Shown here in pieces: positions 18,975 to 28,788 of a DNA stretch of 64,000 nucleotides. The notes beneath the pieces were generated by a model. The model made no database searches. It saw only the letters and a program-made list of their open reading frames with translations, and was not told the DNA's origin. The position numbers and the translations under genes are program-made. The stretch is from positions 1-64,000 of the IMG/VR virus record IMGVR_UViG_3300015262_000001; one strand, 5' to 3'. Each line of letters begins with the position of its first letter. Positions within the stretch are counted from its first letter, which is position 1.

Positions 18975-20268
18975 ACTCGAGTTCCTAAAGCTCTGGTTCA
19001 ACAACCTGGGCTATGCCAACAAGGCAGCGGTACAATCTATCATCTCGATTCAGTTCGACGATGAGGAGTCCTCTGGTGCCTTCAAGAAGATTCCCTGGAC
19101 AGTCTTTGTAGAGAAGGGTAAGTTCCACGCTATTGTCGACGGTAACACGGTTGTACTCGACGGTAAGGTGGACGAACCGTTTGCTGTAATGGATGATGCT
19201 TATTCATTCCCGGGTGACTTCCATCCAATGCTCAAGGGTAAACCTGTCGACTCTACCTTCGGCCTGATGTTGTTCAACATCGTGCTGTGGTGGGAACCGT
19301 TCCTGGGCAAGGTGGACTACGTCAATACGTTCTTCACCAAGAAACTGATTGAGGGCCATATCAACCGACTGATGGTCGACAACCCCAAGGAAGGGGAAAC
19401 CGTACCAGAAGGCAAGGCCTCTGTAGACGACTGCCTCAAGTTTACCGAGAACTGCTACTACCTGGAAGGGTTGGGGTCGTTCTTTGTTAAGCCGGGTGGC
19501 GTAGACGCCCTGTCAGTATCAGCAGCGGTACTTAAGCGTAAAGATGAGTTGTTCTCCAAGCTTAAGGCTGAAGGAAAGATGAACGATCCTGTAGCCTTTA
19601 CAGCGGCCGTTGAAGAACTGGTTCAAATGGACCGCTTGGAAATGATGGCGGGTAAGAGCAAGAACTTCTTCATCAATGACAAGTTCATCAACACTGCTCG
19701 TAAACGTATGTTCATTGCTTTCGGTATTGAACAGGACGAAGAAGGTGGCGGCTGGATTGCACTGCCTCGCAGTCTGGATGAGGGTCTTGACCCTGAACAA
19801 GTGGTCGTGCAGACCAACGCTGCGGTAGCGGGTGCGTACTCTCGCTCCATGGCAACCGGTGAAGGTGGTAGCCAGGTAAAAGAAACCCTGCGTCTTGTGG
19901 GTCGTGGCAAGGTTGAAGGCGTCGACTGCGGTACTCCTCGCACTGAAGAGATGACTCTGGTTAAAGAGAACGGCTTCAGTTGGGTGGGCGGTTACTACAT
20001 GAAAGGCAAGGAGCCTGTTCTGATCACTTCTGAAGAAGTAGAAAAGATCATGGGTAAGTCTATCCAAATGCGGGTGCCCCAATTCTGCTTGTCTCCTGAG
20101 GGTAACTACTGCAAGATCTGTTTGGGTGAAGGTTTGGCGAAGTTTGCTTCCCGTCTCTCAGCAGAAGTTGTGCGGGTACCAACAGAGTTCATGCTGCAAC
20201 GTATGAAGGCTCACCACCAGGCTGGTCGTAAACGTACCAAGTTGAACCTGGCTACTGCGATCAAGTAG
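18967..20268 (+). CDS. Virion RNA polymerase beta' (middle/C-terminal) subunit, phiKZ gp80-like
   Basis: SMATGEGGSQVKETLRLVGRGKVEGVDCGT aligns with the bridge helix/DCG motif of RpoC; zinc site CLSPEGNYCKIC. Confidence 0.85.
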   Translation: MNKLEFLKLWFNNLGYANKAAVQSIISIQFDDEESSGAFKKIPWTVFVEKGKFHAIVDGNTVVLDGKVDEPFAVMDDAYSFPGDFHPMLKGKPVDSTFGLMLFNIVLWWEPFLGKVDYVNTFFTKKLIEGHINRLMVDNPKEGETVPEGKASVDDCLKFTENCYYLEGLGSFFVKPGGVDALSVSAAVLKRKDELFSKLKAEGKMNDPVAFTAAVEELVQMDRLEMMAGKSKNFFINDKFINTARKRMFIAFGIEQDEEGGGWIALPRSLDEGLDPEQVVVQTNAAVAGAYSRSMATGEGGSQVKETLRLVGRGKVEGVDCGTPRTEEMTLVKENGFSWVGGYYMKGKEPVLITSEEVEKIMGKSIQMRVPQFCLSPEGNYCKICLGEGLAKFASRLSAEVVRVPTEFMLQRMKAHHQAGRKRTKLNLATAIK

Positions 20269-20286
20269 CAAAAAATAAAGCTGTTA

Positions 20287-20327
20287 TATAACCCTACCAA
20301 CCCCTTAGCGGGGTTGGTAGGGTTATA
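20287..20327. terminator. Bidirectional terminator hairpin
   Basis: Perfect 18-bp stem TATAACCCTACCAACCCC / GGGGTTGGTAGGGTTATA, with an A-run on the left. Confidence 0.85.
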
Positions 20328-20332
20328 CAGTA

Positions 20333-20863
20333 TCAGCATGGGGGTAAAACAGGCATTCCTGTCAACATGGAACTCATAGTCGGCAGACCCAAATCGTCAA
20401 TACCTGGCGAGATGGTGTAAACAACACGGTCCTTTAAATGCAAGGAGTTAAACTTGAACCGTTTCTGAAAGCCTGGCTGCGACAAGATATTCTTGATAGC
20501 GGCCATTTCAGATGGGTCGTTCATAGCGTTGATCGCATCGACCGCTGCACCCAACTTGATCATGATGGCGTCCCGGTACTCCGGAGCATACTCCACCAAT
20601 TCCGCACTAGGAAGCAATACCCCATCCAATGGATTCTTTTCAGCCAATACCGCGAGTAGATATTCTACCGAGGCTTCGAACTGTGAATCCGGATCATCCG
20701 CTAGGAACTCAATGTCGTCGAGCAGCGGATAGTCATAGGGGTTAGCCATCTGGAAGATGACAAAGATTGCTTCCATCATGATTAGGTCGAGGAACTCTAG
20801 CGCAACATCCGAATAGAGTTCCTCGCGGGTTTCAGGGTCTAGCTTGAGGATAAAGGAGAGCAT
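20333..20863 (-). CDS. Hypothetical protein
   Basis: 176 aa, acidic, 1-nt overlap with the upstream stop. Confidence 0.7.
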   Translation of the reverse strand: MLSFILKLDPETREELYSDVALEFLDLIMMEAIFVIFQMANPYDYPLLDDIEFLADDPDSQFEASVEYLLAVLAEKNPLDGVLLPSAELVEYAPEYRDAIMIKLGAAVDAINAMNDPSEMAAIKNILSQPGFQKRFKFNSLHLKDRVVYTISPGIDDLGLPTMSSMLTGMPVLPPC

Positions 20864-21240
20864 TAACCCGCCAGGTCCTTATCCTCGAACTTCAGCAAGA
20901 CCTGAATGCCTACGTAGGTCGTACTGGTGATCTGGAACATGGTGTTCTCGTATGGTTTCAGTTGGATAATGGCGTCGTGGTATTCCGGCGTCTTCTCGTA
21001 CTCTTTGAACGTAGCCAGAATGGTTTTGGCCATCTCGGCGTTGTGCTTGTTCACCTGTTCAGGGGTGGTGAAGGTTGTCGGCGTTTCCAGGTAGTTAGCC
21101 ACCAGGAAGTGCGACTTATCCACGAAGCTGTCACCCTGGAGAATCGAACGAATACGCTCTTCGATCAATTTCTGGATAACGTAGTAGTGCGGGAGCTGGT
21201 CGATCCCCGGAGTAGGGATGAAGTGCGCTTTAGTCATCAT
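20863..21240 (-). CDS. Hypothetical protein
   Basis: 125 aa, GAGG upstream, ATGA overlap. Confidence 0.75.
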   Translation of the reverse strand: MMTKAHFIPTPGIDQLPHYYVIQKLIEERIRSILQGDSFVDKSHFLVANYLETPTTFTTPEQVNKHNAEMAKTILATFKEYEKTPEYHDAIIQLKPYENTMFQITSTTYVGIQVLLKFEDKDLAG

Positions 21241-21677
21241 GTTTGTCTTCCTCTCACAAGAAGTATAAGCTTATCTTTGAGAACTATGCTACTCACCGTA
21301 ATCTCTTCCATAGACATACTGGAATAGAGCAGGTTAATAATGTCCTCGTTATCACTTGCAATGGACTCAAGGTATCCGCTAACTTGATTCCCATACAACA
21401 TGAGGTGTCCATGCGGATCTCTTTCAAACATCAACTTCTCCTGTTCAGAATACCACCAGGAGACCACTTCCCCGTCGTCACTGTAGAGACGATCTCTTAG
21501 AAGAGAGTAATACCACTCGTCGTCAATGCGGGCATCAACGTCGGTCAGGTTAAGCAGAAAATCAGAAATGGATTCACCAACAACTGTACGCACCAGATCC
21601 CCGGCTAAGCCAAGGCAATGGCACTCCAGTATCACAGCCTTGGTGACAGTTTTTGAACCGCTTGCATGTTTGTGCAT
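21237..21677 (-). CDS. Hypothetical protein
   Basis: 146 aa, AT-rich; exact start uncertain. Confidence 0.65.
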   Translation of the reverse strand: MHKHASGSKTVTKAVILECHCLGLAGDLVRTVVGESISDFLLNLTDVDARIDDEWYYSLLRDRLYSDDGEVVSWWYSEQEKLMFERDPHGHLMLYGNQVSGYLESIASDNEDIINLLYSSMSMEEITVSSIVLKDKLILLVRGRQT

Positions 21678-21711
21678 ATCAACTGTCCGTTATTAGGGAT
21701 ACTCGCCCATA

Positions 21712-24039
21712 TTAATTGAGCGAGCAGTTAGATTCAATAAGTTTGAAATCCTTTTCCTTATTGGCAAAGGCAATCCGTCGTTTCTGGAAACACTCCTGAT
21801 GTTTACCGATATCATTACAGAACGGGAAGATAAACATCGGGGTGATACGACCATCGAACTTACCACGTAGCTGACGCAAGCGACCGATCATCTGTTTGTT
21901 CCGTTGGGTCGAGAAGACCGTATGGAAACAGAACGTCCTGACAAGGCCAGGGATGTCCTTACCGGTACCGCAACTACCCGGTGTGGTGATAACGATCTCA
22001 TGCTCCAGATACTTCGTTGGTGTCTTCTTGTCCTTCGTTCCAAGGAAGGTACAGAAGTCCAGGTGTGGATACTTCGCCTGAAACATCGCCAACATCGTCT
22101 CACACATTTCAATACGCGAGAAGAAGAACAGAGCCTTAGTGCCTGGCTCTCTTATTGGCGGGATGTAATTGTAATCACCCGGCTTGCCGATACCGATGTA
22201 ATACTCCACAAACATCTTGTCGGCAATCTTGAAGTAGAACTCGGTCAAGACCGCACTACGCAGAATAGACGCTTCAAGCGCCATGTCATTGTAGCTGCCG
22301 AACTGTACCGTCTTCAGGAAGTACCTGCGCTGACACAAGTGATACATGTAAGCAACGATGTCGATGTAGTTCTCAGGTTCAGGTTCCTTAAGCCTGAGAC
22401 TGATCGGGAGCATCAGGTTGTACATCTTGTTCATGAACGGATCATCAGCTGTCAAGGTAGCCGACAGTGTGAGCAGTTTCTTGATGTTGCCATGGAACAA
22501 CGACAGACAGACTTCATGGAACGACTCATGCCCCTCATCCACAATACGGTAGCCCGGGTTGATCTGTTCAAAGATCTTGCTGAGCGGTACCGCTGTGGCG
22601 TCCTTACGGTTGTTACGCAAATACCCCGAGATCCTGGAGAACGGCACGATAACAATCTTGGGATTAAGCAGTCCCTTCTCGATGTTCTCCCCCAGTAATG
22701 GCAACGAGGCGTTTTCCCACACAACCACATCACCTGGTTTCATGATCAACGTTTTCTCGATGTCATTGATCCAGGTGGTAATGTAACGCGGTTGTACCGT
22801 AATGAGTACCCGCTTGCCAAGCTTGACGGCAGTGTAGAGACCCATGTAGGTGTTGTGGGTAACAATGTAGTCCTTGACCACGAAGCAGTGGCTCGGGTGT
22901 TCTACTGCGATGCAGGTGGTCTCGGTTGGATTGCTCTCAACGATTTGCACGATCTTCAAAGCCAGATCACGGTTCTCCGAGTTCCGTAGCTTATCCTGTT
23001 TCGTCTCATCGGTGAACAGAATCTCCGGAGTCCGATGGCGGAGGATAACCGAGTTCTTGAACTTCTTGAACTTGGCTTCCGCAATACCCCCAATACTTCG
23101 AACCAGGTCACGAACCATTTTGGCTGTAATACCGTATTCGGTTTGGAAGAGGATCGAACCGTCCGACTTTGGTTCACCGCCGTTATCCAATAACCCTCGC
23201 AGCAAAGCCATCCGTTGGGAATGAGAACCTTCCAGATACTTCTCACCCAGGATCCGATCGGTCTTACCAATCAGGTAGGGTTCAATGATATCCCCACGAT
23301 CAGGGTTGCGCTCACTGGCGGTTAGCGGGATGTACCAGGTCTTCTCACTGTCCACTAACTGCTGGGTGGTCAGTACCTGCCACTCGGTTTCACCTTCAGC
23401 CCGAACTTCCCATTGGTGGTCAGGGCACGCCACGATCGATCTACGATCCTCAAACATCAGATGGTAAGTCCGTGTCATCCCTTGAGGGAAAACGCCTGTA
23501 ACGTACGTGTGGGAGCCGTCAGGGGCCATCACAAGGTCATTAACCTTGATCTGTCCAATAGGGCGCCAACCGTGGATGGTTCTGACCGGCGTATCATTGG
23601 CTAGCGCTTTACCGCCACCCGTTGGAGCATTGTTGATCTTTACCGCGCCTTCAGCTAACTGATAGTCCAGCCACTCCTCCTGAGCGGGCAATGGAGTTGA
23701 CATCTCAGGCCGGAGTTGGAATTCGCAATCAGCGCCTTCTATCTCCGGTTCTGTTTCAATAGCAATCCGGGAAGCGTTGTAACCCCGGTATTGCGCAAAC
23801 TCAATGAACTCCTTCATTAAGCTTACGGGAATCCGATACTCAGTTTTGTCGTGATTAGACTGAGCAAACACGTGAGTCACTTTCCAGACCTGTTTATTGC
23901 TTCCAGGCACTGGAACCTTACCGACCTTATACAGGTGAGCGCGGCAGAAAGGAATAATAACCTTTACACAGAAATCGCCGTAATACCCAAAGATGCGCAG
24001 GTAGGTGTGACCCATGGATACAGTGGCGGAATGCCTCAT
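21712..24039 (-). CDS. Superfamily 2 (DEAD-like) helicase with an intein, phiKZ gp75-like
   Basis: Walker A APTGGGK|T is split by the intein; VDEGHE (DEXH), LSAT (motif III), QMIGRLR (motif VI). Confidence 0.9.
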   Translation of the reverse strand: MRHSATVSMGHTYLRIFGYYGDFCVKVIIPFCRAHLYKVGKVPVPGSNKQVWKVTHVFAQSNHDKTEYRIPVSLMKEFIEFAQYRGYNASRIAIETEPEIEGADCEFQLRPEMSTPLPAQEEWLDYQLAEGAVKINNAPTGGGKALANDTPVRTIHGWRPIGQIKVNDLVMAPDGSHTYVTGVFPQGMTRTYHLMFEDRRSIVACPDHQWEVRAEGETEWQVLTTQQLVDSEKTWYIPLTASERNPDRGDIIEPYLIGKTDRILGEKYLEGSHSQRMALLRGLLDNGGEPKSDGSILFQTEYGITAKMVRDLVRSIGGIAEAKFKKFKNSVILRHRTPEILFTDETKQDKLRNSENRDLALKIVQIVESNPTETTCIAVEHPSHCFVVKDYIVTHNTYMGLYTAVKLGKRVLITVQPRYITTWINDIEKTLIMKPGDVVVWENASLPLLGENIEKGLLNPKIVIVPFSRISGYLRNNRKDATAVPLSKIFEQINPGYRIVDEGHESFHEVCLSLFHGNIKKLLTLSATLTADDPFMNKMYNLMLPISLRLKEPEPENYIDIVAYMYHLCQRRYFLKTVQFGSYNDMALEASILRSAVLTEFYFKIADKMFVEYYIGIGKPGDYNYIPPIREPGTKALFFFSRIEMCETMLAMFQAKYPHLDFCTFLGTKDKKTPTKYLEHEIVITTPGSCGTGKDIPGLVRTFCFHTVFSTQRNKQMIGRLRQLRGKFDGRITPMFIFPFCNDIGKHQECFQKRRIAFANKEKDFKLIESNCSLN
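22852..23607 (-). mobile_element. Class-3 intein (252 aa) in the helicase P-loop, with a degenerate LAGLIDADG remnant
   Basis: Begins ALANDTPV and ends IVTHN|T. It has Ala1, block-B CPDHQW, block-F TTCIAV and block-G THN (WCT triplet). LRGLLDNGG is a block-E remnant. Confidence 0.9.
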
Positions 24040-24071
24040 ACCAAAAGCCTCAAAAACATTAAGGGGAGGAC

Positions 24072-24097
24072 CGAAGTCCCCCCTAAGGAGGACTTCG
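24072..24097 (-). terminator. Intrinsic terminator after the nvRNAP beta' gene
   Basis: CGAAGTCC / GGACTTCG stem; a TGTTTTT run lies a short way downstream on the minus strand. Confidence 0.6.
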
Positions 24098-24099
24098 AG

Positions 24100-26094
24100 T
24101 TATGACACCGCGTGTTGCAGGAAACATTCCAGCACACTTGATTGACGGTCTTTAACCGCAAAGGTTTTCGGAAGGTTCAGGATGTTCTGCTGCCGTTCAA
24201 AGATCGACATCGTACCCGAACCGCGGTTATCCACACACGTTACAAAGCTGGTGAAGTATTTATCACCAGGACCGGTTGCCAGCTTGTACGAATGCTCTGC
24301 TGGGTTCTTGGTCAATGCGCAAGCCAGGATCACCTCGACGTAGATCATGTTGATGCCTTTAGTTTCTGCATCGATCAACGTCCAGAATTCCGAGAGTACT
24401 TCGCCGAAGACTTTCGGAGTAACGACCTGTTTCTTCCACGCCGCGTTACGTTTGTTAAACGTAAGGAAGTTTTCCACCCGTGCCCGGTGTGCGTCCAAGT
24501 CCTCGCGAACATATGGCAACACGAACATTGGGTCAGCATGGTTCCATTGGGACAAGTCCACCGAAATGAACTTCTTGTCTTGCATGGTCCAGCCATGGTC
24601 CAGTATATACTGGAGGAATCCCATAGAAAAGCGGGCGCGGCGAGATGATACCGATGTCTGCGCAGGATGTTGTTGCGTGGTGGTACCGCCCACCATGATG
24701 TCTTCCACCTCATACTGGAAGGTGACTTCACCAAAGTAAGGCAACTTACTGAGTGCGATCTCGTCCATGATGTCCAAGGAACGCAAGTCAGACAAATCTT
24801 TCACAATGGTCGACTTAAGAATCAGTCGAGTACCTTCTTTACACAGGTCTTTCTCGAGGAAGATCTGATCACCGTTGGAGGTAATGATTTCTTTATCTCG
24901 ATAGTGGGGTACAAACTTCTTGCTGGTAGCGTTACGGATGAAGTGTTTGGTAGACAGCATTTTCTGACCCAATGGGTTACAGATCGTGGTACCTGCAAAC
25001 ATGCCGATGTTGGCATCTTTCTTCATCATCCGGTTGTACGGGATAGCCGACTTCATCATCCCATAACACACGCCACAGGGTGTACCGGTTATGCTGTTAC
25101 AGAAACCAACACTGCGCAGGTTGACAATGTCGCCCGCTTTGATCGTCTTCACGTTCTTAACGCTGATCAGATCAACTGTGTTGTCTTCCAAGACACGATA
25201 AGAACCCAGCAAGCTCTTGGCCATCTCAGTCGACGCAATGCGCAACGGCACAGTGTCAAGCGACCCACAGTCCTGCATATGGCCGATGGAATGGATGATC
25301 GCCGTGAACAAGTGAATCTTCCGGTGGAACCATTCCGAGTCTTTCAGTGCCCGGCCGTTACTGTTAAGCGCTTTACCAGCACCACGGTTATCGCCAATGG
25401 CGTCCGCCAGGTTGACAATACCATCAGCATACCGCGCCATGACAGCGTTTGGCATAATGGTGTTATCGAGGTCGAATACTGCACCACGAATGATCGCCGT
25501 TTGATACGCTTGGTTGATACTCACACCACCCGTACGTGCCAGCAAAGCTACCGTGTTGTAATCCAACGTTTCGGATGTCTTCAGGTAAACAGAGAACAGT
25601 TCCTCCCCTTCGTCGATCGTTACTTCTTTGTCGAGTACCTTGCGATGGATCTCGCGGATACCCGGATCTTCGATCAGGTCGTCTACCGATTCAGCCATGG
25701 CCGAGATAACCGACGTTTCACTCATGACCACGATCAAGTTATTAAGCTTGGTCTGCCACATGTGAATGGTCATCTTGATCACGTCCCATTCCACTGGATC
25801 ATGAATGTTGGGTCCAATCTCACCCATGATCCAGTTCATTGGAATAGCGAGCGTCTTGTTGTTATACACGACACTCTTGCCAGTTGGGATAACCTCCTTC
25901 ACCGAATACGGCACGGTGTTGTAGGCCCGGTGAATCATCATGCCCTGCCAAGTTAACAGCATGGCATAACTGTCGCTCAGTACCTTCTCTCCATGGTCAT
26001 CCGTGACCTCAACGGCCATACGGAAACCACGCCAACGCAATACCTGGTGTTCAGGCAGGTTAGCAAAATCCCGTAGGTTAATTTGCAAGGCCAT
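24100..26094 (-). CDS. Non-virion RNA polymerase beta' C-terminal subunit, phiKZ gp74-like
   Basis: Bridge-helix-like WFHRKIHLF...MQDCGS, zinc site CNSITGTPCGVCYG and trigger-loop-like GQKMLSTKH. Confidence 0.85.
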   Translation of the reverse strand: MALQINLRDFANLPEHQVLRWRGFRMAVEVTDDHGEKVLSDSYAMLLTWQGMMIHRAYNTVPYSVKEVIPTGKSVVYNNKTLAIPMNWIMGEIGPNIHDPVEWDVIKMTIHMWQTKLNNLIVVMSETSVISAMAESVDDLIEDPGIREIHRKVLDKEVTIDEGEELFSVYLKTSETLDYNTVALLARTGGVSINQAYQTAIIRGAVFDLDNTIMPNAVMARYADGIVNLADAIGDNRGAGKALNSNGRALKDSEWFHRKIHLFTAIIHSIGHMQDCGSLDTVPLRIASTEMAKSLLGSYRVLEDNTVDLISVKNVKTIKAGDIVNLRSVGFCNSITGTPCGVCYGMMKSAIPYNRMMKKDANIGMFAGTTICNPLGQKMLSTKHFIRNATSKKFVPHYRDKEIITSNGDQIFLEKDLCKEGTRLILKSTIVKDLSDLRSLDIMDEIALSKLPYFGEVTFQYEVEDIMVGGTTTQQHPAQTSVSSRRARFSMGFLQYILDHGWTMQDKKFISVDLSQWNHADPMFVLPYVREDLDAHRARVENFLTFNKRNAAWKKQVVTPKVFGEVLSEFWTLIDAETKGINMIYVEVILACALTKNPAEHSYKLATGPGDKYFTSFVTCVDNRGSGTMSIFERQQNILNLPKTFAVKDRQSSVLECFLQHAVS

Positions 26095-28265
26095 TACAAG
26101 GTCTCCTTAGCAGGTGCTTCATAATCCGAACGGTCAGTTGGCAGTTCACGACGCAGGGTATAGCCAGAGTCACTGAGCATGCTCTGCGACATTTGTACCG
26201 CCCGGTTCAACCCATACTCGTCTGGCTTGATGATCTGGTTGATGTTAAAGCCATCTTCCGCCCGTACCACACGCTGTGCCATCCGCGTACGGAGTTCAGG
26301 TGCATAGCCCATGGCCAGTTGCTTGACCGTTTCTTTTGCGCCCGCTTGACTGAGTGTAAGCCGTGCTTCAGTTTCACCCTTGTTACGGTTCCAGACCATC
26401 CGCAACCAACTGGAATACTTGTTGGCTTCGTTAAGTTTGGCTGGCATGCCGAATGGGTTAGACATTGGCAACGACTGAGCCGACATGTCCGTACCGAACT
26501 TGTCCAACAGCATGAAGTGCTGGTTGGTGATCAGTACCGGGTTAACAGACCGCACCATCTCACCGAGGGAATCCCGGAAGGTGATTTGTTCAGGCTTGTA
26601 GCTGTACACCTTACGCAGCGCTTTGATAATCTCAACGCCGTAGAGTTTGGTGTCGCTACGCACATGCACACTGATCTGCGTGGCTGCGATATCGTTGACG
26701 TACTCGACGATGTCCTCGCGGGTTACCATGGTCATCTGTACCAGCTCTGCGAACTCTGGGAATCCAGTCTCGTAGAACAGCATCAGTTTTTCCATTGCAC
26801 CGACGTAGTCACCTTCTTTTTGGCATTGCACCACTTCTTTGTGGATATTAATGTTAATAAAGTTGATCGACTGTTCCATCAGCATCGAGAAGATCTGCCG
26901 GCGGAATGCTGGTGTGTTGTTAACCACAACGTCACACACAGTACCGTCATCATAACGCGGAGCATCTTCGTCTGGAATAATCCGAACGATTACACCCTTG
27001 TCGCCGTTCATACCCGACATCTTGAACTTGGCACGACCAGAGACGATCTCACGCAACCGGATAGTAATACTCCAGTCTTTAACACGTACACGCTTAACAG
27101 CACGGAACAGCGGGTTAGGCTTACCGGTGTTAGCATTAATGGTGTAGTTGCCCTTGGCGAAGCGGATGAACCGATTCAAAGGACGAGTCATAGCGATTGG
27201 ATTACCACGGTTAGCCGTAACTCGGCCACTGTGCCAACGAATCACTTCGTTCCACATGTCATTCTGGCGACGCTCATAGCGTTCCAGCATATTCGTGTGG
27301 GCCTGTTTGATGTATTCAGTCGAACGGTTATTCGACTTGTTCTTCATGCGCTCGCTGATCACTTCAACCGACATGACCTCGGAATCCACCGGCGCCCGGA
27401 ACAGGATGTCGTGAGTCTCGTCTGGAATGGTCAAAGCTTTCTTGGTCAGAGACACCAAAGCGTTTGCAGAGACACGACGACGGAAACCCATCACGATGCC
27501 GTCTTCGCGAATGCGCTCGCCGCTTTGTGGGAATGGGCTATCTCTGTACAGAGTCAGCGGCACCCACTCGTCTTCGTTCCAACCGTGAGCACGGATGTGT
27601 TCGAACATGCAGCGCAGTTTGTCGCGCGCACAGCTCTCGGTAATACCGATACCATCCTCTTCGGTATAGTGGAAGGAAGCCGGTGCAACCTTAAGGTCCA
27701 TACCAAACATCCACTCGCCATCTTTACTGATGCGTGGGGATTTGGCAAAGATCGTACCTTTAGGGAACACGGCGCCTTTCTTTAACTTACGCATGACATT
27801 CATGTCATAAACGTATTCAAAGCCTACGTAGGAGTTTTGTACGTTATACCGTGGAAACTCCATGATATCGTACTTACCCTTCTCATCGTTCTTGAACACG
27901 ACGTAGACCGGAGCCCATTTGTCAGTGTCACCTTCGCCGCCATTGATAGCCTGAGCGTAGAAGATTTCCTCAATAACCATGTTTGATGGAGCTTCAACAC
28001 AGCGAGCGCGTTTGGCATATTGATACTCGTTGCCAGATTTAAGTTTGCGCTCACTTGCACCCGAAGTCGCTACCGCCTTCGGGATCATGTTACCCACCAT
28101 GTAAATACGGGTAGGAGACGATACCTGTGGGAACACTACCAGGTTTGCACACACGCCCATTACCGCAGGGTGCAACTGGTTCTCGGCCAAATAAGCCCAC
28201 TTCTTAAATCGCCCCAGCCCGACCTGAGGGATCTCGACAGGAGAATCATCTTTTTTATCACTCAC
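26094..28265 (-). CDS. Non-virion RNA polymerase beta C-terminal subunit, phiKZ gp71-73-like
   Basis: KFKMSGMNGDKGVI matches GDKxxGRHGNKG of RpoB; also RNKGETE and EEDGI. Confidence 0.9.
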   Translation of the reverse strand: MSDKKDDSPVEIPQVGLGRFKKWAYLAENQLHPAVMGVCANLVVFPQVSSPTRIYMVGNMIPKAVATSGASERKLKSGNEYQYAKRARCVEAPSNMVIEEIFYAQAINGGEGDTDKWAPVYVVFKNDEKGKYDIMEFPRYNVQNSYVGFEYVYDMNVMRKLKKGAVFPKGTIFAKSPRISKDGEWMFGMDLKVAPASFHYTEEDGIGITESCARDKLRCMFEHIRAHGWNEDEWVPLTLYRDSPFPQSGERIREDGIVMGFRRRVSANALVSLTKKALTIPDETHDILFRAPVDSEVMSVEVISERMKNKSNNRSTEYIKQAHTNMLERYERRQNDMWNEVIRWHSGRVTANRGNPIAMTRPLNRFIRFAKGNYTINANTGKPNPLFRAVKRVRVKDWSITIRLREIVSGRAKFKMSGMNGDKGVIVRIIPDEDAPRYDDGTVCDVVVNNTPAFRRQIFSMLMEQSINFININIHKEVVQCQKEGDYVGAMEKLMLFYETGFPEFAELVQMTMVTREDIVEYVNDIAATQISVHVRSDTKLYGVEIIKALRKVYSYKPEQITFRDSLGEMVRSVNPVLITNQHFMLLDKFGTDMSAQSLPMSNPFGMPAKLNEANKYSSWLRMVWNRNKGETEARLTLSQAGAKETVKQLAMGYAPELRTRMAQRVVRAEDGFNINQIIKPDEYGLNRAVQMSQSMLSDSGYTLRRELPTDRSDYEAPAKETL

Positions 28266-28312
28266 AATCTTTCTCCTATTATCTTAAACTTGATACAACC
28301 TATTCCAAAAGG

Positions 28313-28330
28313 ATGATATAGGTTTAAGTT
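28313..28330 (-). promoter_or_regulatory. Variant of the 18-nt early promoter motif
   Basis: Minus strand AACTTAAACCTATATCAT, 48 nt upstream of the RNAP beta gene; a weaker match than the other four copies. Confidence 0.4.
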
Positions 28331-28403
28331 TTATTAGGGTTGCCATATCGCTTATAGCAATAAAGGATGGGGCCGCCAGTTAACAATTAGCTTGGAGAGG
28401 ACA

Positions 28404-28733
28404 ATGCCAATTCCAAACAGTGAATCAGACAACGGTAAAGACTTCTATTACACCGATGCCTTCAAGATCTTGGTGCGTTCTGAAAAAGAAATACTGTTGC
28501 GCGGTTCTCAGATGATACCCATCGTAGACCGAGCAATGCTCTACGCGTTCCGTACCGACTTCTATCGGGTGATGCGAGTTATGAACATCCCCGCTCACCT
28601 GCGTTGGGCAACTGCCTTTATCAATGACGTGAATGACCCCAATCAGGATGTCTCTGACTTCCAGTCGTTTCAGATGATCAACGAGAGCGATTTGAACAAA
28701 GCCATATCCCGCAGCAATACAGTTAAAGGCTAA
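28404..28733 (+). CDS. Small protein with a LysM/T4 gp53-like baseplate motif
   Basis: GGAGAGG SD before the ATG at 28404. LRWATAFINDVNDP resembles the W.I...N.I.DP motif of gp53/tail-X proteins. Confidence 0.55.
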   Translation: MPIPNSESDNGKDFYYTDAFKILVRSEKEILLRGSQMIPIVDRAMLYAFRTDFYRVMRVMNIPAHLRWATAFINDVNDPNQDVSDFQSFQMINESDLNKAISRSNTVKG

Positions 28734-28745
28734 AAAAGAAAGGTA

Positions 28746-28775
28746 TAGCAGGCTGGGGAATTCCCCAGCCTGCTA
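28746..28775. terminator. Perfect 30-bp palindrome; bidirectional terminator between convergent genes
   Basis: TAGCAGGCTGGGGAA|TTCCCCAGCCTGCTA. Confidence 0.85.
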
Positions 28776-28788
28776 GCCTTATGGCTGC

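Noticed and set aside
24667-27785. Long plus-strand ORFs (429 and 530 aa) opposite the nvRNAP genes
   Set aside because: Same codon-bias artefact; His/Val/Asp-rich composition typical of antisense frames.
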